Positions 51,430 through 63,191 of a stretch of 64,000 bases of DNA are shown piece by piece; the stretch's first letter is position 1, and every line of letters begins with the position of its first letter. This stretch comes from Macrostomum lignano (lineage: Eukaryota): the NCBI GenBank assembly GCA_002269645.1, contig NIVC01001138.1, positions 120,699 through 184,698 of the forward strand, given 5' to 3'. The notes under the pieces were generated by a model. The model was not told the DNA's origin. It did no database searches and worked only from the letters and a program-made list of their open reading frames with translations. A program made the translations under genes and the position numbers.

Positions 51430-53402
51430 CCTCGTGACTGACAAGAATTCCACTAAACTGGTAGTTGAAGGCCCTATATTTTCGGTTGTCAATGGCAACG
51501 TAACTTTCACGATAGACAACTAGACCCCAGTTTTCCATGCCCCTTGAAGGAAAATCAGGAACAGCAATTTGGTCTAATTTTTTTCAGCGGAAATCGAACA
51601 TCAAAGTAGGATTCGAAGAACAGAGTTAGATTCTTTAGCGCGTCCTGTGAAAAGTTCATTATGTTTAGAAGCTCTGGTCTCACATAAGTGCGGTACGTTC
51701 GCATCTGAGAATCCGTGTCTTCAATGTATTCGAACTGAGAAACAACGAACGCAAGAATGTACGTGGACATGATGGGAGTGGTCTCAAAGTCTTCCTTCTC
51801 TACCTGATCCGAGTCGCTCATCTCGCTGAACCAATTGCTGGCCCTGGCTTTGGTGACTCGTTTCGATGGCATGTTGCTGAGCGCAGTGAAACCCTTCTCT
51901 CTGACAATGCTGATGTCAAACCTGGCCTTGAATGCGGGCTCGTCGAAACACGGAAACACCATCCTGGCGTGATATACTTGAAGCTGGGACGTCGCTAGGT
52001 ACTTTGTGGTTCTCTTCTCGGTGTACGAGCTCAGGTACAAGCCTCGCAAACCGGATCGAAGCGGAGATCTGAAGCGTGGGATCTCGATCACGATGTTGGT
52101 GCTGTTCGCTGGCAGCGGCGCACACAGGTCGATGCTGTACCACTGACTATCCCTGTCGTACACACAGTTGGCGATTGCGTAGTTTATGTCTAAGCAGCTG
52201 TCGTAGACCCGAAAATCCGCTGCGGTGAGTTTAATGTTCTCCGCCGAGTGCAGCTTTATGTTGCTAGTTGAGTCTTCGATGCTGAGTCTCACCTGCATGG
52301 AGCCGATGAAGTAGAACTCCAAGGCATTGCTGCCGTAGATGTAGGGCGCCAGGGTGACTGCATAGTGTAGTGGCTTCACTCCGGTCGGCAGGCGGACGTT
52401 AGGCGGCGGTTGCCCCGCATTTTTTGCCTTGGTCTAATTGGTGCCGGATGTAGGTGCAGGAGTTGCTGGGGTCGGAGCAGTGTCAGGCTGGCCATAAACA
52501 GGTCCTTCTGCGAGCAATAGCAGCAGTGCTAGGGCCGTTAGCAAGCGTTGCTTTGGTGATTTCATTTCGAATGATTTTTTGTCTTCTTGTTTAGTCGCAG
52601 AATTGCTCTGTTGGTTCTAGCGAATTTATTCGTTCTTATTTTACTTGTACATAGGGATTTTGTAACGAACTGTATCATTTTATATCATTCTAGTCTGGAA
52701 GAAATCAAAAAAATCATACGAAATTATCTTGTTTTTTTAGAATATCCAGATCACTCCAGCTCCTAAATTGGTATTTATTGCATGCATTTGGATAAAACAT
52801 ATCAAAAATAATTAAATAAGGTTGAATAATTCTTAAGCTGAAAAATTTTGCTTAATAAAAAAAATAGCTATCATGAAAATTTCAACGTTTCCAATTTATG
52901 AGGTTGAAGCTTTAGCCTGCAGGAATGGATATCTGCGGTAAAAACTCACTGAAAAAAGCATTAGCTAGGCGCAGAACAAGGACAACTAAAGCAACGTATA
53001 TACAGGACGCAACACTCACGTTTCATGGGAAAGGTTCTGAAGCTTCATGGGCCACTTTTTGCCAAAAAAAAATGCACTAGCTATGGAGATAGAAAGTTTT
53101 GATTTTTTCAGCACAAAAATTGTTTTTGCTTTCGACAGATCCAATGTTCATCGTTTGATATGTTAATTGTGCCTTTCTTATAGCTCTATTGATATTCATA
53201 AAGCTTTTTGTTCAAAAAATTAACTAGGATTATGTGTTAATTTTTTATTCACCGTATATGTACATTTCCTGTATCTAAAAATCATAAAAATGCATGGCAA
53301 AGCTCGAGTCTTTGGTTTTGTGAATCTATTTTATCATCTCTGTTTCACATGTTGTTACAAGAATGGCAAAATAGATTCATAAAACCAATGAGCCGTGCCA
53401 TT

Positions 53403-55080
53403 AACTACCGACGGGGGGCAGAGCGCCGCGATTAGGCTGCGAGGCCCCTATCGCAACCCCAAGCTAAAAGCAGAAAGGCGTTAGCCTTGGGGCTGCGCCC
53501 ACCCCTCGCCGGCAGCAGAAGCGCTGGCAAGAGTGGCGGCGTCTGCGATCTTCATCCGCCCAGAATCTCGAACGAATGCGCGCAGGTCACGGATCCGGTC
53601 CGGAGTGGTGAGCTCGTCCAGCCTTAGCGGGTGACCGAGGTGACGCCTTCGCGCCTCGCTGAAGTGCGGGCAGAAAGTGACGTGGTTGCGTCGAGGTTTC
53701 CTCCTCTAGATCACAGAATGGGCAGATAGGGGAGCAACCACTTTGCAGTGAAATATGTCTCTGGAAGAAGCCATGGCCAGTGATGACCATGCACATCTCC
53801 CTGATGTCAGTTTTACTTAAGGAGATTAGATATTCGGATACTTTCCGGTTTATGACAGGCATTGCAATTCGTGTTTGCCGATATTCGGAGCAGCTGTCCC
53901 AGTGGACCTGGTGCTGGCGATTCAGCCAATCTTGAATGGCGCGATTGACTGATGACTTCGGAGAAGGTAACTTGACTGGGCGTTGGGCTCCACCGGGGTG
54001 CAACCCGTTTAACGAGTTGATCCACAAGCTCATTGCCGAGGATGTTGCTATGGCCTGGTGTTCAGATAACATTGATCCTGTTGAGAATCGCTAGGGTCTG
54101 CAAGCTTTTGAAGCAGTCTGAAACTGATTTGGTTGAGAGCTTGATGGAAGACAAGGCCTTAGTAGCAGCCTGGCTGTCAGAATAAAAATAAATGTCAAAG
54201 CTGCTGATACCAGCTTTGTGCAAATTTGCTCAGCGCACTGGTTGATGGCTCCAACTTCGGATTGAAAAACCGAGACATTCTCACCAAGATGAAGACTTTC
54301 TTGTAAGATCGCCTCACCCTAGTGGAAAATGGCGATGCCCGCGCCCGCGAGACCGTCACACAGGGATCCGTCAGTGAAGCAGTGAATACCCTGGCTTCTC
54401 CTGCCCACGTCCAGCGGGTGGCTCCCTCGCGGCGGAAGGGTTGAACTTGAAGCCCTTCCTGAGGATGAAAGTGGGGGGTTTGCAGTCCACCTCGTCTAAA
54501 TTGAGGTGGATGTGTTGAAGATCGCGACGGATGTAGTCTAGATGTGGGATGAGAGTCTTCTCGGGCATGAAGCCCGAGGGGGTGTTAGCAATAAATTTAT
54601 CACAACTGAGAAGCGTGGCACCCTTCATCGCCTCAGCTCTAATGAACAAATGCAGCGGAGGCATGCTGAGGATGGTGTTAAGGCCCTCGTAAGGGGTGGA
54701 TGGATAGGCACCGGTGATGGCACGGCAGATGTACCCTGGAGCTGGTACAGCCGGTCCCGCACAGTCTTCAACTCCAACGCACTGGACCAGATAACACATG
54801 CGTAGGTAATACTGGGTCGAATGATGCCAGTGTAGATCCACCTGACCGTCTTGGGAGATTGTCCCCAGGTAGGCCCAACGTGCTTGGTTAAGTCCAACGC
54901 AGATCGTGAGTGAGCGTCACACCTAGATATTTTGTTTCCTTGACTAGGGGGATGTCCTTACCATAGATGGTGAGGTTCCGCATGCTCCACTTCCGCTTCC
55001 TGGTGAAGATAATGGCCATCGTCTTAGCAGTGCTAATGGTTAGGCCGTGCCGGGTAGCCCAGGCTTGCGCCTTATCGGCG
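53403..55080 (-). mobile_element. 5'-truncated, decayed non-LTR retrotransposon with RT thumb and RNase H (LOA/R1/I-group-like)
   Basis: [24 protein letters not shown], RNase H (CFTDGS...GAG, VFQSEV.AI, YSDSQAA, PGHSNI.GNELVD), C-terminal CPFC; stops and frameshifts present. 13-bp TSD GAGCCGTGCCATT at 53390-53402 and 55081-55093. Confidence 0.85.
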
Positions 55081-55093
55081 GAGCCGTGCCATT

Positions 55094-55268
55094 TCAGTGG
55101 TTTTAAGGTAACCTTTTTACAACTGGGTGAACTGAAGCAATGCAGAGTTAAGTATCTTGCTCAAGGACACAAATTGTGGGTAGAGACCGAGTGGGTCGAG
55201 AATTGAATCCCCAACCTTTCAGTCGTGAGTCCGAAGCTCTAACCACACTATAGGCTGCGACCCCACTA
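55094..55268 (-). mobile_element. tRNA-derived SINE (head and conserved central domain), interrupted on its 3' side by the LINE
   Basis: Minus strand: A-box-like TAGTGTGGTTAGAGC, B-box-like GGGATTCAATTC, then TGTGTCCTTGAGCAAGATACTTAAC...CACCCAGTTGTAAAAAGGTTACC, which resembles the Meta-type SINE core (from memory, not searched). Confidence 0.7.
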
Positions 55269-56334
55269 GCTTCAAGGCCAAGCGCTCTCCTATTAATGAT
55301 GAAGTGGAAGCAGAACCGAAAACTGTCGACATTGATTATATAGTCACGCAAGAATTCAACGAGCGGCCCATCTAGAGATAATTAGCATTTAACAATACAT
55401 CGTATTTTTGGCTTCATGAAGTGAAAAAAGTAGCTAATGTTTTTTCAGACAGCTTTAATAACATAAGTTTGGAATCAATATACACTTGCAAAAATACGTA
55501 CATTTATGTATACGCAATCAATGTTTTTCCTGCCTACCCTGAGCTTTAGCGGCGGCTCTTCAAGTGAACACTTAAAAGGAAAAGAGCTGAAAAATGAGAA
55601 AAGGGAGGTTGCTGAAGTGTACCGAGCGGGAAGTGCTACCCTTCTTGGGAAACTAGGAAAAATTAGTCAAGAACCAGAGAGTTTTGCCCAATTGACGCCT
55701 AAACACCACCTGTCGGCACTCTGTGGCTGTTTTTACGTGTATACATCGGAGTTGTCTATTTTATCGCGTTGTGTCAAGCGCTTTAATTGTTTGTGCCGCC
55801 TTCTGAGTCAGGTTTACCCCACCTCTACAGAAGAGTAGGAATTAAAGACGCTTTCCATCTCCGTGTCAGCTTCTCGACTTCCTAGCCAAGTAGCTCCTAC
55901 TCTCGATCTTTCTCCAAAGCCACTCGACTCATCCCGTCACCCTTAGTTACTGGTCCAACAACTCAAGCTAAAGTTACTTCTGTAGAAAATATTTCTTTTG
56001 TTTTTATTCCCAAGTTAGTCCCAGCCGCTGTCAAAAATAGGAACAGGAAACATAAAGCAGGCGTGCATCTTCAGACAGCAAATGCAGCGCTTGAGAAAGG
56101 CTGGCTTATTGATTCGCTGAGAGGGTTGCGTCTTCATTGTGGTCCAAGCATTTTGACTATTTAGCTGACGCCTCTCACGGAAATATGGACGCCACTCTCT
56201 CAAGGAAGAGGAGAAACTTTTCAATTAGGTATAAAAAAGTAAATTTAACAGCAAGAGACGAAACAGATAAGATTACGAAAAATCTTAAAATTTTTATTCC
56301 ATTCCGAACTACTCGTAGAACTTTTTTAGCTGAA

Positions 56335-58040
56335 ATGATTTCGCAACTAATAATACTTTGTTTGCTATCCACCGGTAAGCTGCCTAATCCATTTCGCAAC
56401 TCACTTTGACCCAAATATCCCTGAACTCCCAATTAATTGCTTATTTCAGCCACCTGCGTGACTGCCAGCCAAGCTCCTGAGCAAGAGTACTACCTGGTCG
56501 ATGAGCCCGTTACCATCAACGCCTCGGTGAGCAGCGAAGTGATCAATGTGACCGGGGTGGCTTCCGAGATCGACTGCGTGACGAGGTGCCTGTCGAGAGG
56601 CTGCTCAGTGGCGGTGGCTCACGAGAGCATCGGGCTCTGCCAAATGGCCATGGTGTACGAAGGCCACTCGTCCGGGAGTCGCGTGCAGAGGCTGCTGGGC
56701 TCGGAGGCCGGAGCCAGGGTCTGGACGTTCGACGCACCGCTAATTCACCTAAACTTCAGCATTGAGTTTCTCAGTAAGGACTTCTGCAAAATTCCAAAGT
56801 TTCGTTAGATCTGCGAATATTTATCTCTCTATGCTAAACTCCATCTTCCAGACTCCAGCACCGGTAGAAACGGCACCATCCAGCAGCTGCTGATCGACAC
56901 CACCCACTGCTACCGGATTGAAGCTGCCGGTGCCAGCGGGAGTCCCGGGGCTCGACAACCGAGCGGTCGAGGAGCTGTCATGGCAGGCAACTTCAGCCTG
57001 ACTGCCGGCACCCTGCTGACCATTGTTGTCGGACAGCAGGGGGGCCCCGCTAGCGGTGATGGCGGCGGAGGTGGCGGCGGAGGCAGCTTTGTGTACACTG
57101 TCAACGCCTCTGGCAACCCGCTGCTGCTGCTAGCTGCTGGCGGAGGCGGCGGTGGCTGCTACTATGACGCTGGTAAGTGCCAGAGCAGGGTCTCGTCTGA
57201 CTGCTGAATCACCTGTTTGAGATGAGAGCCTTCATGCGAACGCGAGCATTGGTTATCAAAGAAGAATGAAGCGGATTAAAAAAAATTAAAGAGATAATTA
57301 ACAATTATTTTCTTGATTAGGACTCATTATTTGACATCATCAGGGTTGAATTATTTAACGAACGAGTGACTGAGCAAATTTAAAGTATGTACAGCTAGAG
57401 GAGAATGAGCAAAAGCAATGACTATGGCCCTAACCTTTGATTGATGGATTGGTTGATTGATTGATTGACTTATTGATTGATTGGTTATTTACAAGCTTAC
57501 TACTTACTATTAGTAGTCAGTTATCAAAGTTAAAGCTCCTGTCGTGTTTCAAAATTCAGGTGCTGATGGCTCAGGAGACGAAAGAGGCACGAACTCAGTT
57601 GCTGGGGATTCTGATTACTCTGGCTACGGCGGCAGCAACGGTCAGGCGGGCTTCAGCAATTCTGATAATAATGACGAAGACTACTACCCCGGCGGCTGCG
57701 GCGCCGGCTGGTTTGGCAAGAATACCAACGCTAAAGCCACGCAGCACGACGGCGACCACGGTGGAAGCTTGGCTGACGGCTGGGTCGGCGGAGCCGTTAA
57801 CACCAACTATAACGGCGGAACCGGAGGGTTCGGAGGCGGCGGCGGTGGCGGCAGCACCCCACGAACGACAATGGCGGCGGCGGAGGCGGCGGCTTCAGCG
57901 GTGGCGGCGCCGCTGGCAATCACGGTGGCGGAGGCGGCGGCTCCTTCTGCGGCGGCCGCGGCTGCGCCGCCATCAGCGGCGGCAACACCGGCAGCGACCA
58001 GGGCTTCGTCAAGGTGCAGTCGGTCCTGGATTGCGATTGA
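56335..58040 (+). CDS. Secreted PAN/apple-like + ALK/LTK-type glycine-rich domain protein, copy 2 (one frameshift as assembled)
   Basis: Exons 56335-56374 (MISQLIILCLLST), 56450-56773 (A-TCVTASQA...SEIDCVTRCLSRGCSVAV...GLCQM), 56852-57172 (GRNGTIQQ..IDTTHCYRIEAAGASG...GRGA...FSLTAGTLLTIVVGQQG...GGGGGSFV...LLLAAGGGGG) and 57560-58040 (GGCGAGW, GGFGGGGGG, GGGGGGFSGG, GGGGSFC; TGA 58038-58040). All introns phase 1; shift at ~57860. Confidence 0.85.
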
Positions 58041-59820
58041 ACAGTTTTGATGATAAAACAACTTTGGGTTGAGAATTCGAACGTTTTTGTCAATGTTATT
58101 TACCAGCCTAAGTAAGATTTCTAGTTAGTTAGAGGCAGGCGGTTGTGTGTAGCCTGGCGCACTTTAGGCGCGACATTGGCACACAACCGGCGAGAGCCAT
58201 TACTGGCGCCCATTCCGCCGAATCCCCTGAGCAGGCACACAAGCCGCGGATACGTACGCAGTCATACGCACAGGCACACACTCACACAGGAGTTTACAGC
58301 GGCCCTGACTTTATTTATCGTTAGGCATGTACACTTCACTGTGCCTTGGGGGTTGGGCCTCAAAGACGTTAATTTCAGGAGCAGAGCCAAGCCGAGATTC
58401 CAATTCAGCCCCAAATTAATGTGACTGCACTTGGTATCGAGCCTGGGCTGCTGGCACATCAGAGCGCCACGTTGGACCGCTGGGCTTCAGCCCCTACCCG
58501 TGACCTGACACAACAATTCTATATAGCACATGCATACGGTTATTATTACTACTAGTACATTTTCTTCTTCGTAAACATCATGTACTTTCTGCTAGAAATT
58601 GCCTTCATAGTTGCTCCTGTTCTTTTTGCTTTTTTTGCTGTATTTTTCTTTCACAAAGTAAAAAAGGTTTTTCAATCTGTGATATTTAATTTGGGCCCTT
58701 TGGGCCAGTAAGCAACTTCTCTCGGACCTCCCCATGAGGGTGTAATTCGAATTTGTAATTTTGCTGTTACACCCTATCGCTCAGCGTGGTGATTACGTAA
58801 TATACGCCCCGCAGTGTAAAGTGGAAGTTGTGCAACATGCAATTAGGGAGATTCAAGAGAAGTTGTTTACTTGTGCAAGTTTTAAATGTTGCCATTTCTC
58901 TAAGCTCTGCATCATTAACAACCCGATTTGTTCGATTTCGATCGCAGCTTGTGCACTATGCAGTTCTTTATAACAAATAAACATTGCACAAAAGAATTTT
59001 AACACCTGATTCTTATTGTTATTTGAAAATCGTTGTACACGCCGCAGAGGTGTTCCATTTTAATTATTTAAGCTAAAGTTAAATGTTTGCGGTTAACAAT
59101 CTTCTCTGTCAAGTAATGTCGCCCATGGGCCATACTACCGAACATCGGTTAAGGAAGCAACTTCTTCGGTTCTAGGAAAGTCTGTTTCTCAAAAAACCTG
59201 TGCTTAATGTGCTTAAAAAGCAGTACAGAAGTGTTTTGAGTGAGTATTGTCAGCTCAACTAAAAGGGTCTGAAAGTCAGCAGAAAATTGAAAGGGGAGGA
59301 GAGAAGCCTCCTACCCTGCTGACGCTGAGCACCTGTCCTCCTGCCCCTCTCGTCCATTTAGTTGCCAAGTGCCTTTGTTGCCAAGGCGATCTTCTAAGTT
59401 ATTAACCCGGCCCCGCCAAAAGAGGAGGAAGATGCTTCTAACTTCTCAACACCCAACAAGAGTTTCTACTCCTGATCATTGTTCTTTGCTCAGCAAGACT
59501 CGCCTGCCGCCTTACTGGTCTTTGCTTTTGTTTTAAGAGGCTCCCAAATTCACTGGCAAAAACTGAGACAAAAGCTGAAAGCTGCCAGGGAAGCCTGACA
59601 GGATTGAGAGGCTGGCGTATTGACCGAAGGGTAAAAATAGCGATGAAGAGGTTGTTTACCTGCCTTCCTTGTGGTATACTTAGGCTATTTAGCAAAATTC
59701 TCGCACCACAGAAATTGTGAGGCTCTCCTAATAAGCAGGGGTTCAAGTCTTTTTTCAAGGCGATACAAATCAAGACTAACCCTGATTTTATAATATTCAA
59801 TCCTAGTTTTCTTTACTGAA

Positions 59821-62290
59821 ATGATTTCGCAAATAGTACTACTTAGCCTGCTCTCCACCGGTAAGATACCTAATCCATTCCGCAACTCACTTTGACCCAA
59901 ATATCCCTGAACTCCCAATTAATTTGCTGATTTCAGCCACCTGCGTGACTGCCAGCCAAGCTCCTGAGCAAGAGTACTACCTGGTCGATGAGCCCGTTAC
60001 CATCAACGCCTCGGTGAGCAGCGAAGTGATCAATGTGACCGGGGTGGCTTCCGAGATCGACTGCGTGACGAGGTGCCTATCGAGAGGCTGCTCTGTGTGG
60101 TGGCTCACGAGAGCATCGGGCTCTGCCAAATGGCCATGGTGTACGAAGGCCACTCGTCCGGGAGTCGCGTGCAGAGGCTGCTGGGCTCGGAGGCCGGAGC
60201 CAGGGTCTGGACGTTCGACAAGATAAGCTCGGGACCTCGGGACAACAGGACTTTTATAAGTGAGCATTTATTTCTACTCTTTCACTTCGGCTTGTCTGGA
60301 AAGTCGAGAAAATGTGTGAAGCAAGCAAGAAAGAAGCAAGCTGTTGACATGGTGGACAAAGCTCAAGATCCTGACTTTATCGCCAGCCAAAGTAATAAAA
60401 GATCGTTGGCACAGTTCCCTAACAGCAGAAGTCGTAAATTTCAGACACCGGAACCGGCCGGACCGGCTCCATCCAGCAGCTGCTGATCAACTCCACCGGG
60501 TGCTACCGAATTGAAGCTGCCGGTGCCAGCGGCGGCTCCAGCACAGCCAAATCAGGCGGTCGCGGAGCCGCCATCGCTGGCACCTTCAGCCTGACAGCCG
60601 GTATCCTGCTGACCATTGCTGTCGGACAGCAGGGCGGTGCTGGTGGATCGCTCAGCTGGGGGGGCTACACAGGAGCTGGCGGAGGCGGAGGCAGCTTCGT
60701 GTACACATTTAACACGACTGGTTTGCCAACACTGCTTCTGGCCGCCGGCGGTGGTGGAGGCGCCTGTTACACTACTAATGGTAATGCTTTTAATGCCTGT
60801 TAATCCAATACACTAAAAATGTTCTGTCGGTATGTGTGTGATCGGGCCTGCCAATGATCAAGGTGGAATGCTGAGGCACATGTAACAAAGCTTCTAGTCT
60901 AAGAATTCTTGCTAAAAGGGGCTACTTTTCCTGCTGAATCTCTGACATGAATAACAATAGAGACTATCAAACATAGTTGAATGTTTTTTTAGATTTTTTC
61001 TTTAGCTGCCTAAAACACATTGCAGTACGAGACCCCTTGCTACCCCGGCCCTGTCCCCCAGCGACTATGAGAGTGAAATGTAGTATTGTTAGTGGTAAAT
61101 GTTTCATTCGAATTTAAAGAAGTTGGAAAAACATCGCAATGGGCCCGTCAACTTAAGCCCATAAAGTGGAGCCCGAGTAACATATGTACACAAATGATAC
61201 GCCATTATTCTCACAATGGCACTAGAAGGAAGCTGGGTGGTTGCACTAAAAAGCGACGAAAATTGGACTACGTGGGTAGAATAAAAAATTAACATAGAAT
61301 CCGATTTTTCTGAACTAGAAGCTTTATGAATATCAATAGAGCAATAAGAAAGGCGCAAATTATCAAAAGACGAACACTGGATCTGCCTCCTATCAAAAGC
61401 AATAACAATTTTTGTGCTGAAAAAATGAAAACTTCCTATCTCCGCTGTGTATTTTTTTCGGAGGAAACCTGCCTTCAAACATTTTCCAAAAACGAGGTTT
61501 CCTGTCCTTCCACTTAAGCCGTCCTTGATCCGTAACCGTAGCCGCCACTAGCTAGGCAGGATCTCCGTAGTCGCAATCCGTAACCGAATTTTGCTCAAAA
61601 AAATGCTGCGCCAAATTTTCCTGTAACTGCATAGTCGTACATGTAATTACGGTAGAACACTATAGCTAGGACAGATACCACAACTAATAAGTGTTCCTTA
61701 ATCGGTGTCTAGCAGCTCATTTCTGAAAAAATCAAGTTTTAGGGTCTTTCTGCTTCGGTTGTCCATCAATGACTCTAATATCTCGTAAAATATACCCCTC
61801 CATGGTTAATATTTCAGGCGCCGCCGGTTCCGGAGGAACATCCGGTACGGCTTCGATACCCGGTGACACTCCATACTACGGCTACGGAGGAGCGAACGGT
61901 CAGCCCGGATCCAACAACCCCGCTGGAAGGAAAACAGACTCTTACGTCGGTGGCTGCGGCGCCGGGTGGCTGGGAAAGGCAGCAAACCCACCAAGTAACA
62001 TGTACGATGGAGGTCGAGGCGGCAGTCTGGCTGATGGCTGGATTTGTGACAGCGCTGGACTGCTGGCGGCTTCGGTGGCGGAGGCGGAGGAGCTAATTAC
62101 CCGATGACGAGTCTCAACGCCGGTGGCGGTGGCGGCGGCTACAGGCGGCGGTGCCGGCGTCGCTGGCAATCACGGCGGCGGAGGCGGCGGCTCCTTCTGT
62201 GGCGGCAGCGGCTGCGCCGCCAGCAGCGGCGGCAACACCGGCAGCGACCAGGGCTTCGTCAAGGTGTGGCCGATTGATCAATGCAATTAG
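59821..62290 (+). CDS. Secreted PAN/apple-like + ALK/LTK-type glycine-rich domain protein, copy 3 (three frameshifts as assembled; may be a pseudogene)
   Basis: Exons 59821-59860, 59937-60259, 60445-60780 and 61818-62290 with the same phases as copy 2. Same motifs (GCYRIEAAGASGG, GGRGA, LLTIAVGQQGG, GGGGGSFVY, GGCGAGW, GGGGSFC); TAG 62288-62290. Shifts at ~60097, ~62060 and ~62143. Confidence 0.8.
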
Positions 62291-63191
62291 TGGGGCTTTT
62301 TGGGAGAAAAGCTAAAATGATGGCGTATCGAAGGAAACTGGAAGCGAAAATTGCCAAAGCCCTTATAACAAATCATTTTAAAAAGTTTATTTGTTAATTT
62401 ATTTATAAAATCTCTTTTCGAAGTCATGCAAGATTTTTTGTGGCAGAGTCAACAAAAGTTTGAATAACGCTTTTTCTGTTTTTGAATTTTAATGTTACAA
62501 TCGTTTTAAGGAAATTTTTACAAACTAAGCCAAAATTATCATTATTAAACTTTTCTCTGCCTCCAATTTCACTCGCATGCCCTATTGAATGCTGTAGTGT
62601 TCGTTGTCGCCAGAATATTTAAACTTTTTTTTCAAAAGGCACCTTTGGCTTTCGCCATTGTTTGTTATAATCGATTTTTTACTGAAAAAAGCTTTTTATT
62701 TGACAATAGTAGTCCACATATACTTAATTTTCTCTGGTGATAATTTATCTTGTTTATGAAGTTATTTTTCTCAAATGCCGGCACGTCAATCAATGCTTTT
62801 CTTTTGTACCAGATTCTTAATCTTTATTTTGTTACTCAAGTCCAGCTTATTCTTTTTGTTTATTTCTTCTAAACTAAACTTTTTGTTTAACTTTTCAACC
62901 GTATTTATCCGCTACGACGCGTCTATTTTAATTGAAACAGTTGAAACTCACTACCCGAATATACGAAATATACTACTACCCTTGTCCACGTAGTTTTGCA
63001 CATTTTTTGCATGAAGCACTATCAGCTAGCTACTCAGATACCTATAATGTGCCCGTTGTTTAGTTTTGGAAGTGCAGCGGAAAAAGTGAGGTACAAATAA
63101 CATGCAAGATTGGATCAGCTGATAGACATCGATGCAGTCTGTTGTGTATTGCAAAGGCATGCAATGCGTAGGGATAGTTCGGGGACAGCGT

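Larger units (their letters stand above)
48809..52565 (-). pseudogene. ANPEP-like: Disrupted intronless M1-family aminopeptidase (aminopeptidase N-like)
   Basis: ATG 52565 with hydrophobic leader (RLLTALALLLLLA); RLPTGVKPLHY; ARMVFPCFDEP; TPIMSTY; (R)GMENWGL; HEVAH..FGNLVT..WW..LWLNEGFA; FDSITYFKGG; ERAP1-type C-terminus; stop 48809-48811. Lesions: TAG at 52434-52436, frameshifts at 51578-51584, ~50255 and ~49578, and two TE insertions. Confidence 0.92.

Noticed and set aside
52434-52436. Programmed stop-codon readthrough in the aminopeptidase
   Set aside because: Downstream frameshifts and a TE in the catalytic motif make simple pseudogenisation the more economical explanation.
48809-52565. 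Bacterial contamination or prokaryotic operon suggested by intronless ORFs
   Set aside because: The sequence is contiguous with spliced genes, SINE/LINE/LTR insertions and satellites, and the peptidase has animal APN-type architecture.
55190-55268. Functional tRNA gene
   Set aside because: A- and B-box-like motifs run directly into a SINE core and no complete acceptor stem was found; treated as a SINE head.
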